A stretch of DNA of 64,000 nucleotides from Akkermansiaceae bacterium UBA5688 (GCA_002420315.1 DIHU01000219.1:27031-91030), one strand, 5' to 3'; counted from the stretch's first letter, positions 18,361-28,685 are shown. Program-made: numbers and translations. Notes: generated from the letters alone by a model not told the origin.

Positions 18361-20511
18361 CTATAAAAAGAAATAAACTGGAGAATCCCCGACTTCCTTG
18401 ATTCCGGTCACATCGCCAGTCGCATTTAGAGCCTTCCTGAACTCGAACGACCAAGGTCCAGAGTAGGTTCTCCCATTACACCACATCATTATTATTTTCT
18501 CGTCGCCCCGCTCAAAGCGAAATGCGTATACGTCGTCTTCCATTTCTAATTTTTCCAAGAAAGTCGCCGAACCCAGCTGCTCTAAAAAAACACGAAGCAT
18601 CTTAAATCCAATCCGTTCGCGCCATCCGCCTTCGGCTCGCTCATCGACCAGTCCAAATCCGTGAGCCACCAAACGCCACCAGTAGACCCTGTCGACAAAA
18701 CCAGAGCACACTGAGATTACAAGATACCTTAACATATAGACTCCATAGTCGAATTCGCTCACACTAAGGGGGTGCTCAGGCGCATCAGGATCCACGTGAG
18801 CTGCCGTTACTGGAGACCAAATCCCCCCTCCTTCAAGGGGCCAATTCACCTCCGAGATAATCACTTGGTCATCACAAGCAGGCACAACCCTCGCAATTGC
18901 TCGCAGTAATCCGCATTTCTCAAGAGTGCTAAATCTTCCCTGAAAATTTTCCGGGGCTCCCCTTCGATCCACATAAAGATGATGGGACAAAGCTCCGTAG
19001 TGAAGTCCATCAGGGGCACTTTCAAAAGCTGAGAGGACATAATGATACTCGAAATCGATACAAGCGGGCCCCGTAAAGGTTATTTCAGGGAACTTCTCCT
19101 GTAACTTTAAAATCGGCGACAATAAGGCGACCTGATCATCTGGTCCATGAACACCCCATTTCATCCGGTTGACCGCGTGACAAATCTCTACAGCCGTTAC
19201 AAGCCCGCCAATTTCATCTAGCACAAAACTCAAAAATCTAGCCCACGAATCTGGCTCGCTGACAGCTCCACGATCCTGAACCATCGCGATCATCACCTTG
19301 CGTCCAGAAGCAACCAGTTCCTTCACCTGAGCAACCCCCTCCTTCCAACACGACATCCCTTCATGGTGACAAAATCGCAAAAGAACCGACACCCCTTCCA
19401 ACTTCTCCAATAACTCCAGTTGGCGATTAAAATCCAGATCTGTTGATTCAAGCGCCACTCCAAATCGCCCTTTCAAATCAACCCGGCTCTGGTAGGCCAA
19501 CGGGAGTTGCCTACGGTATTCACGCCAAATTCTTCCTGCGAATTTCAAAACTGACCAAGCAACTTTGTAGTGCCTTCCCAGAGAATAATATCGTTTCCTC
19601 TCATATCTCTCCATCGTGATCGATGCCTGCGCCGATTCCCGGTCCCAAATCCAAATATTCTGCACCTCGGGATAACTCCCAACTGCCTTCCGAGACCGTT
19701 TACGAAATGGATGACGCCATCTGCGGCTTCGCTCCCACCATTCAAACCCCCTCCGACGGGAACGCATCTCTTTGGTGAATTCTCGAGGTGGATTCCCCTT
19801 CCAATAAATCCTCACCAACACATTCAGAAACGCTGAAGGCAGTCGTATCCTCGAAAAATCCTGCGCTCGCTCTTTCGCGCTCAGGTCCTCCCTGATTCGC
19901 CCGCGATTAAGGTCAATAAACTGGACCTCTCCCCACTCACCTTTGCTTGAAACCTGAAATTCCATGTTTTGATTTCCCAGATCCCGATGCCAAAATCCAA
20001 CATCATGCATCCGCCGAATCGCAGAAGCGATATGACTTAATCTTGCTACCAAAAATCGACAATCCGCCTTCTCATGGTAGGCCTGAATCAGCGAATCCTT
20101 AAAGCTAATTAACGATTCGACATAATCCGAAAGATAAAAACTCTCCAGTAAATGCTTACCTTCCCAGCGATCGAAATAGGCTATAGGTTGAGGCGTTCCA
20201 ACTCCTCGGCTTTTCAAAAAATTACCAGCCTTAAACGAACGCTCAGCCTTGCTACCTTTCCTAAAGTCATAGAAGTCCTTGAGACATCCCTGCCGACCGA
20301 AGGCTTTCACAGCAACCTTCAAAGACTTCCCATTCTTTTCCAAATCGAGCACCACTACCCGGTGCCTCCCCTCGGATAAAACCCCTTTCTTTACAGATCT
20401 AGCCCGCTCCCCAAATCCGCTTAGAGACTCTTCGTCAAAGAATGATTTAAAAGCGGAAAGCACCTGTCCTTGGAACTTCCCTACTGAAAGCTTCTCCACG
20501 CCACTTTTCAT
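18361..20511 (-). CDS. Fusion protein: N-terminal Kdo/WaaP-family lipopolysaccharide kinase domain plus a C-terminal domain of about 430 aa resembling a TIM-barrel glycosidase
   Basis: Kinase part (aa 1 to about 290): KVAVKAF lysine, catalytic loop HRDLGNQNM, FIDLNR. C-terminal part: alternating beta/alpha pattern, with ISEVNWP resembling a GH-A nucleophile strand and VEICHAVNRMKWG where GH-A enzymes carry N-E. Confidence 0.6.
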   Translation of the reverse strand: MKSGVEKLSVGKFQGQVLSAFKSFFDEESLSGFGERARSVKKGVLSEGRHRVVVLDLEKNGKSLKVAVKAFGRQGCLKDFYDFRKGSKAERSFKAGNFLKSRGVGTPQPIAYFDRWEGKHLLESFYLSDYVESLISFKDSLIQAYHEKADCRFLVARLSHIASAIRRMHDVGFWHRDLGNQNMEFQVSSKGEWGEVQFIDLNRGRIREDLSAKERAQDFSRIRLPSAFLNVLVRIYWKGNPPREFTKEMRSRRRGFEWWERSRRWRHPFRKRSRKAVGSYPEVQNIWIWDRESAQASITMERYERKRYYSLGRHYKVAWSVLKFAGRIWREYRRQLPLAYQSRVDLKGRFGVALESTDLDFNRQLELLEKLEGVSVLLRFCHHEGMSCWKEGVAQVKELVASGRKVMIAMVQDRGAVSEPDSWARFLSFVLDEIGGLVTAVEICHAVNRMKWGVHGPDDQVALLSPILKLQEKFPEITFTGPACIDFEYHYVLSAFESAPDGLHYGALSHHLYVDRRGAPENFQGRFSTLEKCGLLRAIARVVPACDDQVIISEVNWPLEGGGIWSPVTAAHVDPDAPEHPLSVSEFDYGVYMLRYLVISVCSGFVDRVYWWRLVAHGFGLVDERAEGGWRERIGFKMLRVFLEQLGSATFLEKLEMEDDVYAFRFERGDEKIIMMWCNGRTYSGPWSFEFRKALNATGDVTGIKEVGDSPVYFFL

Positions 20512-20643
20512 CCTGCTGAAGAGATTACAAAACAGTCGAAAAAAGACAATGCGGTTTCTTCCACCCTACTTTCCACTCGACCCTTAGGCATCCGGTCGAT
20601 AAGTTTTGAAGCCTTAAAACTTCCTTTAAAGGTAATTGCAATA

Positions 20644-21300
20644 GTGAGCCAGAATCTAATCAACCTTCCCTCTGACTGCCAAATCATTGGTCGAGGACTT
20701 TTCTGCTCTTGCTACCTCCACCCAGAAGACAACTCTATTTGCATCAAACTTCCGACCACTCATAAAAAGGCACGCAAACGTCAAAAAGCCGATGAAGCTT
20801 ACTATCGAAAGCTTCATCAAAATAAAGCAGATCTAACTTATATTAGTGATTATTTGGGCTCCTGCCAAACCACCCTCGGATCCGGCCAACTATACCAGTA
20901 TATCAAGGACAGTAATGGCCAGACCTCAAAAACACTCAATCACTATCTCTCGAACTACTCCAAAACAACGGAGGAGCTTTGCACTCATCTCGCCAAGCTA
21001 GGCCGCTATCTTCTAGAAAATCATATTCTTGTTAGTGACCTCCACGGCAACAACATCGTTTTTCAACATCTCAATAAAAACTCAAAGAAACTCATGATCG
21101 TAGACGGAATTGGCGACCGCGTTATTTTTACAGCGCTTAACTTTTTCAACTCAATCAAAGAAGGTAAAATCATTCGCCGATGGAATAGATTTATCAAACG
21201 ACTTCAAGATGACCACCCATCTGCTTCCCTACCGAAGGAAAAACTTTATCTAGGGGGAGAACCCTTCATAGACACTAAGACGACCAAAATAGCTCGCTGA
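20644..21300 (+). CDS. YrbL-family (PhoP regulatory network) kinase-fold protein
   Basis: GRGLFCSCYLHPEDNSICIKL closely parallels my recollection of E. coli YrbL (GTGRHRKCYAHPEDAQRCIKI). LHGNNIVF and IVDGIG blocks. GTG start. Confidence 0.7.
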   Translation: MSQNLINLPSDCQIIGRGLFCSCYLHPEDNSICIKLPTTHKKARKRQKADEAYYRKLHQNKADLTYISDYLGSCQTTLGSGQLYQYIKDSNGQTSKTLNHYLSNYSKTTEELCTHLAKLGRYLLENHILVSDLHGNNIVFQHLNKNSKKLMIVDGIGDRVIFTALNFFNSIKEGKIIRRWNRFIKRLQDDHPSASLPKEKLYLGGEPFIDTKTTKIAR

Positions 21301-21332
21301 ACGACTTTCGCCGATTCCGCTAACCTCTTCTA

Positions 21333-23078
21333 CTAGGCCTTCGCCCGCTCCGAAATAATTGCCCCCTGATCGAGCTCAATCACGCGGCTTGCAATTTTGG
21401 TAGTAGAAAGACGATGGGCAATCAACAAGGTCGTGCGACCTTTCACTAAATCTGCTAAAGCCGATTGAATAATTGCTTCACTTTCATTATCGAGAGCACT
21501 GGTCGCTTCATCCAAAAGAAGGATTGGCGCATCCTTCAGAAACGCTCTCGCAATGGCAATTCGTTGTCGTTGTCCCCCCGATAGACTTCTTCCCATTTCG
21601 GAAACCGGCGTATCGTAACCTTGCTCCTGTTTGAGAATAAACTCATGTGCATTTGCCCTTTTTGCTGCACTTATGACTTCTTCCTCATTGGCACCCGGAA
21701 GCCCAAGAAGAATATTCTCCCTAATCGTACCTTGAAATAAAACTGCAGTTTGGGAGACCACCGCCACTCGATCACGAAGATCACTCTTGGACCATTTCCT
21801 CACATTCAGACCACTCACCGAAACACTTCCCGAATTCACATCATAAAAACGCGGGATCAAATTAAAGAGACTTGATTTTCCCCCTCCACTCGGACCAATC
21901 AGGGCCACACATTGACCGGGTTCAATCGTAAGATTAATTCCACGTAGGATGAGCTCATCACCATAGCCGAAGGATACATCCTTAAAAACAATACGACTTT
22001 TAAAAATCTCTGGTGTCTCAGGACACTTAGGATCATCCAAATGATCAACAGCGAAAGAAATCTCTTCTAATCGCTCAAGAGAAGCATCAGCCTGCCGCAA
22101 GTTCGCCTGAATAGCTCCCAACTTTTTTACCGGCTCATAGCAGAGATACAACGCCATCGCGATAGCCATAAAACTAGAAAGCTTCATCCCCTGTTGCGCT
22201 CCCAGATAGATTGCCACCGTCAAGCCAATTACTGATATAAATTCCACCGATGGTGAAATGAGGGTCTTGTATTTAACCACCTTCATCGAATAACGGATCA
22301 CCTCCTGAATTCGATTGCGAAATTTTTGCACGACCGCCCCCTGAAGATTATAGGCCCGAATCTCGAGTGGCGCCTGAATTGACTCAGAAATCTGCCCACT
22401 TAAATCGCCAGCATTAGCCTGCAATTTACGGGCTTTCCCACCCAAACGCTTCGCAAGCGCGCGTAGTGGGAGGACGCACAACGGAATAGAAAAAATTGAA
22501 AAGAGAACCAGAGAGGTGCCCTGGTTCGAAGCAGCTTCTGAGATCAAAAAAACTAAAGCTGCAATTAAGACCGCAGGTTGCTTGATAATATCAACGGCCA
22601 CTTTTCCCACCGTCGAACGAACAACTTCAGCATCTCCCACAAGCCGCGATAGCAAATCACCCGCCTGTCGCTTCTGAAAAAACGCTACAGGAAGGATCTG
22701 TAGCCTAGTAAAAACTTCGTCACGAATCTGTTCCAAAAAACGATATCCACAATAACTCATCAAATAGGTATTCAGAAACCCACCAAGCGCCCGAAAGAAA
22801 AACATCAGAGGAAGCCACGCACAGGCAACAGGAAGCAGCCACTCACCCGGCAACTGATCAAACCAACTCATCAAGCCTTCCACAAAGAAGCTGTTTTCCG
22901 GCTCTCCTTCCCCAAGACTAACTTGATCGTCTTTAAAAATTAAAGGAAAGACCACCTTTGCCGCAAGCGGCAACCCTGCTCCAGTCGCCGCCGCATAGAC
23001 TAGTCCGGACAAAACACTTCCAAGAAGCTGCCATTTGACCGGCTTAAAGTATTTGAAATAAGGCAGAAAGCGCTTCAT
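21333..23078 (-). CDS. msbA: ABC transporter, fused permease/ATPase, MsbA-like lipid A/LPS flippase
   Basis: Six-TM exporter domain, Walker A GPSGGGKSS, signature LSGGQRQRIAIARA, Walker B LLLDEATSALD. Sits between LPS genes. Confidence 0.75.
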   Translation of the reverse strand: MKRFLPYFKYFKPVKWQLLGSVLSGLVYAAATGAGLPLAAKVVFPLIFKDDQVSLGEGEPENSFFVEGLMSWFDQLPGEWLLPVACAWLPLMFFFRALGGFLNTYLMSYCGYRFLEQIRDEVFTRLQILPVAFFQKRQAGDLLSRLVGDAEVVRSTVGKVAVDIIKQPAVLIAALVFLISEAASNQGTSLVLFSIFSIPLCVLPLRALAKRLGGKARKLQANAGDLSGQISESIQAPLEIRAYNLQGAVVQKFRNRIQEVIRYSMKVVKYKTLISPSVEFISVIGLTVAIYLGAQQGMKLSSFMAIAMALYLCYEPVKKLGAIQANLRQADASLERLEEISFAVDHLDDPKCPETPEIFKSRIVFKDVSFGYGDELILRGINLTIEPGQCVALIGPSGGGKSSLFNLIPRFYDVNSGSVSVSGLNVRKWSKSDLRDRVAVVSQTAVLFQGTIRENILLGLPGANEEEVISAAKRANAHEFILKQEQGYDTPVSEMGRSLSGGQRQRIAIARAFLKDAPILLLDEATSALDNESEAIIQSALADLVKGRTTLLIAHRLSTTKIASRVIELDQGAIISERAKA

Positions 23079-23165
23079 CGACGATTGGGAGGTTAGCTCA
23101 ATCCTTAAGAACCATCCAGACTTACTTGGGTTGACCAGAAGCAGCTCATACGTCAGTCTAATCCT

Positions 23166-24137
23166 GTGGATTTGATCGAAAAAGCCCGGAAGGTCATAGG
23201 GATTGAGACCTCGCAGCTCAACCGGCTAGCCGCGAGGCTCGATGAAAACTTTAGTAAAGCTCTTGGCGCCTTAGAAGAAACTCTCAAGGCTGGGCATAAA
23301 ATCGTCGTAATTGGAGTCGGCAAGTCCGAGCACATTGGGAACAAGTTCGTGGCGACCTTAAACAGCACTGGCGCCACTACCGTAGGCCTCAATTGTCAAA
23401 ATGCCCTGCACGGCGATCTTGGCATGCTTTCAGTCGGAGACCTTGTCATCGCTCTCAGTCATTCCGGAGAAACATCCGAAATGATCAGCTTGCTCCCTCA
23501 CGCAAAAAAGCGCGCTTCTCAAATCATTACCATAACCGGAGATACCAAATCCACCTTGGCCAAATACAGCGACATCATCCTCGATACCCATATTGAAAAA
23601 GAAGCCTGCCCTCTTCAGCTCGCACCGACTTCAAGTTCGACCAACATGCTTGTTCTCTGTGACGCACTGGCCATGGTCCTTCTTGAAAAACGAGGCTTCC
23701 ACTCAAAGGATTTTGCCGAGCTTCATCCCGGTGGCAGCCTTGGAAAATATCTGTTGAGTCGGGTTTCTGACATCATGCGTAGCGGTTCAACCTTTGCTAA
23801 AGTCCCCACCACTTCTCTCGTCCAAGAAGGCGTTCTTGCGATGCTAGAATGCCGGGCCGGAGCAGCTGTCATTGTTGACCCTAAAGGCAAGCTGGCTGGT
23901 ATTTTCACCCACGGAGATTTTGTTCGAGGCTATCAAACGAACCGGGAAATTGGAGATACTCCTATTTCTGACCATATGACTATTAATCCAATTACCGTTC
24001 ACGAAAATGACCTCGCGGCCGAAGTTGTCCGCGTTCTCCGTGAACATCGCATCGATGATCTCGTCGTTATCAATAATGCCGGTGAAGCAATCGGCCTAGT
24101 TGACGTTCAAGATCTATCCCGTCACGGACTAAGTTAA
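23166..24137 (+). CDS. kdsD: Arabinose-5-phosphate isomerase (KpsF/GutQ family, SIS + tandem CBS)
   Basis: VIGVGKSEHIGNKFVATLNSTG SIS motif, HGDLGM, and a C-terminal CBS pair. GTG start. Confidence 0.85.
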   Translation: MDLIEKARKVIGIETSQLNRLAARLDENFSKALGALEETLKAGHKIVVIGVGKSEHIGNKFVATLNSTGATTVGLNCQNALHGDLGMLSVGDLVIALSHSGETSEMISLLPHAKKRASQIITITGDTKSTLAKYSDIILDTHIEKEACPLQLAPTSSSTNMLVLCDALAMVLLEKRGFHSKDFAELHPGGSLGKYLLSRVSDIMRSGSTFAKVPTTSLVQEGVLAMLECRAGAAVIVDPKGKLAGIFTHGDFVRGYQTNREIGDTPISDHMTINPITVHENDLAAEVVRVLREHRIDDLVVINNAGEAIGLVDVQDLSRHGLS

Positions 24138-24147
24138 ACCCACAGCT

Positions 24148-25473
24148 CTACTTGGCTGAGAGATCTACCTTCACTAACTCTTTATCATTCCTCAAATAAG
24201 CTGCCTTTCCTGCAAAGGCAGGCCCACTCCAAACAACTGGACGCCCATAAGCCTCGTTGGTTGGCTCAAGGACATGTTGGCGGCCCATTTCACGATATCC
24301 CTTCCGCGAGAGCTGCGCTAAAATCAGATCTCCATTTTCATTGAAGATCCAATAATTCCCAGACTCCTCGTGACGCGTCAGATGGGCTGTGCCATGGCTT
24401 CCACCTTTTAAGCGATGCTCCTCGTCTACTGTAGGCTGCATTGTGGACCAGAATCTCTCTCCATTTTCCACCGATGCCGCAACCAACTGGCTGGATCGGA
24501 CATCACATCCGTAAATAACCCCATCATGGATCAGCGGCGTGCTATTACAGCAATAGAGCGCAGTTTTGGGTTTTCCCCGCCATATGAACTTAGCGGTCGG
24601 TTCATTTTCACCGAGCTTAATCATGGCGCCAACCGTCCCAATCCCACTCGCAAAAAGTTTATTTCCCACAAGCCGCGGCGTCATCACTGACATTCCATAA
24701 ATCGGCTTGAGAGGAAGTTCCCAGTATTTTTCTCCTGTTTTGGGATTTAGGGAATTAATTGCCTCTGGATGCCAAATTAAGAGTTGCTCCGTTTTGCCAA
24801 CTTTCACCATTGAAGGGGGGCAATAACCTTGGTTTCTCGCATCAAGCGCCTTCCACTTCACCCTACCAGTCATGGCATCAAATGCCACCGCAACACTCCC
24901 CTCTCCACCGACAAGGCAATACAAAGTATCACCAACCACTAGTGGATGAGCAGAGAACCCCCAAATAGGAAGCCCAGCATCAAAATCCTTTTGGAAATTC
25001 TTTTCCCACTTCTTGTCCCCAGTCTTGGCGTTAAGCGCAACAAGATCCCCCATCCCGCCTAAAAAATAAACCAACCCATTTGCAATCGTAGGAGTAGCAC
25101 GGGGCCCCCCGGGATAAGAAAGCCTATAAGTCCGACTTTCTTCATATTTCCAAATCTCCTCTCCTGTTACAGCATCTAAGCAAAGCAATCTCTCTCTTCC
25201 TTGCCACGTTACAGCTCTCCCGGGATTATTCACCAATTCGCCCTCAGAGCGCTGGTAGTCAGATACATAAACTCGACCATCGGCAACTGCAGGTCCCGAG
25301 TATCCCCAACCGACTGGAACCCGCCACACCACAGGCGCACCAGACTTCGGTAGATCTGTTCTAATCCCATTTTCCCTCCATACCCCATCCGCCTTCTCAC
25401 CCATCCAACGGGGCCAATCATCAGCAGATGCAATTAGAATTCCGGTAACACACAGCAAAATGAAAGTTTTCAT
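24148..25473 (-). CDS. PQQ-like beta-propeller repeat protein, secreted
   Basis: Signal peptide. DDWPRWMG start typical of PVC PQQ-like propeller proteins. Repeated W/G-rich blades. Confidence 0.65.
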   Translation of the reverse strand: MKTFILLCVTGILIASADDWPRWMGEKADGVWRENGIRTDLPKSGAPVVWRVPVGWGYSGPAVADGRVYVSDYQRSEGELVNNPGRAVTWQGRERLLCLDAVTGEEIWKYEESRTYRLSYPGGPRATPTIANGLVYFLGGMGDLVALNAKTGDKKWEKNFQKDFDAGLPIWGFSAHPLVVGDTLYCLVGGEGSVAVAFDAMTGRVKWKALDARNQGYCPPSMVKVGKTEQLLIWHPEAINSLNPKTGEKYWELPLKPIYGMSVMTPRLVGNKLFASGIGTVGAMIKLGENEPTAKFIWRGKPKTALYCCNSTPLIHDGVIYGCDVRSSQLVAASVENGERFWSTMQPTVDEEHRLKGGSHGTAHLTRHEESGNYWIFNENGDLILAQLSRKGYREMGRQHVLEPTNEAYGRPVVWSGPAFAGKAAYLRNDKELVKVDLSAK

Positions 25474-25703
25474 GTGTCGAGAATCCCTTCCTCCTTCAAA
25501 AAGTCAATCCAGCTTCAGTTAAACAGTTTTCCAAATTTAGGCTCACCATTCGTCATGGTTGTTGGGACAAACCTACATAACTCTGATGAATTAACTGAAA
25601 ATATCATGTTCTAGGACACTATCGTTTCGATTTGCGAATCACACTTGAGCGAACGTAGTGATTTTTTCAGATCGGTCCCACAAGCGATTGCTAGAACCAG
25701 CCT

Positions 25704-26258
25704 TTGGCCTTGCCTTCACCGTTACTCGGTGTTGACTCCTCAAAAGCCAAACACACTGTGAACGCATTCGAAATCTACCAGAAAATCGACCCTTCTCCCA
25801 TCAGCGACATGTTCCTCTGGATCCGGGAGAATGACCGTCAACTTTACAAATCAGCGATCGCTTCCCTCACCGCAAACCGGAACCTCCGACCTGTTTTCGT
25901 TGAGAAAAAACCGGTCACGGAACAGATCAGTTGGCTGCATAAGACCCTAAAACTGAAAACCAGCGATACTATCGGTGAACACCTCTTTCAGGTCTACTTC
26001 ATGAAAGGGCAGCAAGAGCTTCTAATCGGATTCTGCGACGGTATGGGAATCGAACATGATGGAGAAGGCTCAGTCGAAGGAGCTCTCCCCGATGCTCTTG
26101 ATGATGAGAAACTTAAATCTACCATAGACAGCCTCATCGAAGCACATGACCCAAAATTGGTGACTCTTTACCTCAGAGTCTTTAACCTGCAGACTCAGAA
26201 TGGGTGGGCGAACCTCGTCAAGACGCTCGAAAGCGACGAGCGACTCATTCTAGTTTAG
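25704..26258 (+). CDS. Hypothetical protein
   Basis: TTG start, no recognised motif, preceded by 230 nt of non-coding sequence. Its end overlaps the end of the convergent aminotransferase gene by 4 nt. Confidence 0.4.
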   Translation: MALPSPLLGVDSSKAKHTVNAFEIYQKIDPSPISDMFLWIRENDRQLYKSAIASLTANRNLRPVFVEKKPVTEQISWLHKTLKLKTSDTIGEHLFQVYFMKGQQELLIGFCDGMGIEHDGEGSVEGALPDALDDEKLKSTIDSLIEAHDPKLVTLYLRVFNLQTQNGWANLVKTLESDERLILV

Positions 26259-27499
26259 GAGGCATCTAAAAGTCGCCTTAGCGCGGTAAGCGCATAATCT
26301 AACTCCCCTTCCGAAATCTGGAAGGGAGGGGTGAAAGAAAGGACGTTCCCTTCCGGTCCATCCACTAGAAAAAGAATCCCTTCGGCTAAAAGTGAAGTTA
26401 ATAATCCGCCGGTTGGACGATTCAATTCAAGCCCCCACATCAAGCCGCGACCACGCACCTCTCGAACCGCTTCGTGATCAAATTCCTGTAGCGCGCTAGA
26501 AAGCCTTTGTGAGGCTTCTTCCACCATTCGAATTGTCGTATCCCTCTCAAAAATCTCTAGCGATTTCAATGCCATGGCACAACCTACCGGATGCCCCAAA
26601 AAGGTACTGGTATGCAATGCCTCCCCAGGACTTTCAGGCCACTGATCCATAATATCTTCTTTGCCCACGCAAGCAGAAATTGGAAACCCTCCACTCATCG
26701 CTTTTCCAATACAAATTAGATCAGGGACTACACCTTCCCACTCACCGGCGAACCACTTTCCCGTTCGATAAAAACCAGTGTAAATCTCATCAAAAATCAA
26801 GAGAGCATTGTGCTCATTACACCAATCTCTTAGTGCTAATAAAAATCCGGCAGGAGGAATCACCTTCCCACCACGTCCTTGAATAGGTTCTACTAAAACC
26901 GCCCCAATCTCATCATCGTTGGGTAGCTCAAACGAACCATATTTTACCCGATTGGTCACGTCCGCTAATTGATCTATAAAAGGACCCCTAAACTTTTCAA
27001 GATCAGTGCCGAGCAAGCTTCCATAACCTAGCCCATGGTAACCATCAGTAAAAGCCATCACCTTACGCTTTCCAGTCGCCAGCCGCGCCGTTTTAAGCGC
27101 CGTTTCCACCGCTTCAAATCCTGAATTTGAAAGAACTACTTTTCCCGAACCAGCGCCCCACTTCTCAAAAGTTAATTTTGAAAGTTGCTCACACAACTCA
27201 ACCTTTAAAGCGGTTGGATGAACATCGCCCATACCATGAAGCAGTTGCTCGCTTTGCTCCTTCATAGCCTCCACGATTTCAGGATTCCGGTGCCCAAGGC
27301 CTGCAACTCCAAAAGCGCTAGTAAAGTCCAAGAAACGGTTCCCATCTGCGTCCCACACGTTCACTCCACTCGCCCTATCCCAGAAAACTGGCCACAAATG
27401 ATTCATATAAGTCACATTCCGACTTTCATGCTCGCGAAGCCTTGCCGCCAACGCTTGCGAGCGAGGCCCAGGAATACTCGTTATTATTTCAGGAATCAT
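26255..27499 (-). CDS. Class-III pyridoxal-phosphate aminotransferase
   Basis: GSEAVETALK, VEPIQGRGG, FDEIYTGFYRTG and the PLP-lysine block IGKAMSGGFP. Confidence 0.8.
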   Translation of the reverse strand: MIPEIITSIPGPRSQALAARLREHESRNVTYMNHLWPVFWDRASGVNVWDADGNRFLDFTSAFGVAGLGHRNPEIVEAMKEQSEQLLHGMGDVHPTALKVELCEQLSKLTFEKWGAGSGKVVLSNSGFEAVETALKTARLATGKRKVMAFTDGYHGLGYGSLLGTDLEKFRGPFIDQLADVTNRVKYGSFELPNDDEIGAVLVEPIQGRGGKVIPPAGFLLALRDWCNEHNALLIFDEIYTGFYRTGKWFAGEWEGVVPDLICIGKAMSGGFPISACVGKEDIMDQWPESPGEALHTSTFLGHPVGCAMALKSLEIFERDTTIRMVEEASQRLSSALQEFDHEAVREVRGRGLMWGLELNRPTGGLLTSLLAEGILFLVDGPEGNVLSFTPPFQISEGELDYALTALRRLLDAS

Positions 27500-28677
27500 A
27501 ACACCCGTATTACCATCATAAGAATTGCCCCAATCGCTGAGGCTCCGATCAAAAAGATCCCAACCACTCCGATCGCAAGATCACGCTTTAAGATCATTGG
27601 CCTGTGAGGTGACAATGATCTGGGGAAAACTACAAAAGCGTATATAGCTCCTGTCACTAATCCTCCCAGATGGGCGGCATTGTCAACAAACTTAAATCCC
27701 AGTGTTCCAATCACGATCAGTGACACAAGAATCCCAGCCAACCTGCGGCGTGCAGATCTTGGTAAAAGCGAGCGATGAAGGGTTTCGAAGACTAGTAAAA
27801 ATCCAAGCAACCCACAAACCACGCCAGAGACTCCTACTGAAGTCTGGTTCGGTAGCCAGGAAACAGTTGCCCAGCCAGCCCCGATTATACTGAGAAAAAA
27901 GGCGGCAGCAAGGTGTGGCCAGCGGGCTAAAATTTCGATCCGCCGACCCAAATACCAGAGAGCGCTCATATTAAGGATGAAGTGGATCAAATTACCGTGG
28001 AGGAAAACCGCCGTAAAAAGCCGCCAGTTTTCTCCTGCTAAATAGCGGGGCTTAACTAAACCGGCTTCGGAAATGCCGAGACCAGGAGTTGCGAACTGAG
28101 CCCCACCCACCAACACGACCAGTACAAGAAAAAGGACAGAGAAAGGAGTGCTTTGATTTTCCATCCAAAGCTCGAAACGAGCCTCGGGAACCTGATCGCT
28201 AATTTGATCACGCGTTAGGTAGTTAGCAGCAGCGCGCCCCTTCCGAGCTTCCCACCAAGGACGGGCCGTAAAATAAAGAAACCCGAAAATTGTCAGCACC
28301 AAAAATTGAATCCCAGGAAAACCAAACGGAGAAATACCGTTTAAAAAGCAATACAGGCCATAGAGGACTGCAATCCCAGTTAGCGGAGCCGTGCGCCGGG
28401 CATAATCTGCATCTTCGGCAGCGAAAATAAGGCACCTTTTTTCGAGCGAGCCCGCCAGCTTCGGGATCTCCTCAGGCGCAACCAATCGGTCACTTTTCGG
28501 TGTCCAAACCCAATCCAACCGACCTTTCCCGACTTCTAAATGAGCTTTGAGCTCATCTAGTGATTCGAATGAACGGCTTATTCTTGAATGATCAACAACC
28601 CCGAATTTGCTGGTATCTGGATGGATTGGAAAGGCATCATCGCGGGCCCAAGCTGGCAAAGCTGGCTCGCTCATCAT
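27496..28677 (-). CDS. Rhomboid-family intramembrane serine protease with an N-terminal cytoplasmic extension of about 100 aa
   Basis: HGNLIHFILNM, catalytic GVSGVVCGLLG, and HLGGLVTG. Confidence 0.8.
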   Translation of the reverse strand: MMSEPALPAWARDDAFPIHPDTSKFGVVDHSRISRSFESLDELKAHLEVGKGRLDWVWTPKSDRLVAPEEIPKLAGSLEKRCLIFAAEDADYARRTAPLTGIAVLYGLYCFLNGISPFGFPGIQFLVLTIFGFLYFTARPWWEARKGRAAANYLTRDQISDQVPEARFELWMENQSTPFSVLFLVLVVLVGGAQFATPGLGISEAGLVKPRYLAGENWRLFTAVFLHGNLIHFILNMSALWYLGRRIEILARWPHLAAAFFLSIIGAGWATVSWLPNQTSVGVSGVVCGLLGFLLVFETLHRSLLPRSARRRLAGILVSLIVIGTLGFKFVDNAAHLGGLVTGAIYAFVVFPRSLSPHRPMILKRDLAIGVVGIFLIGASAIGAILMMVIRVL

Positions 28678-28685
28678 CTCAAAAA

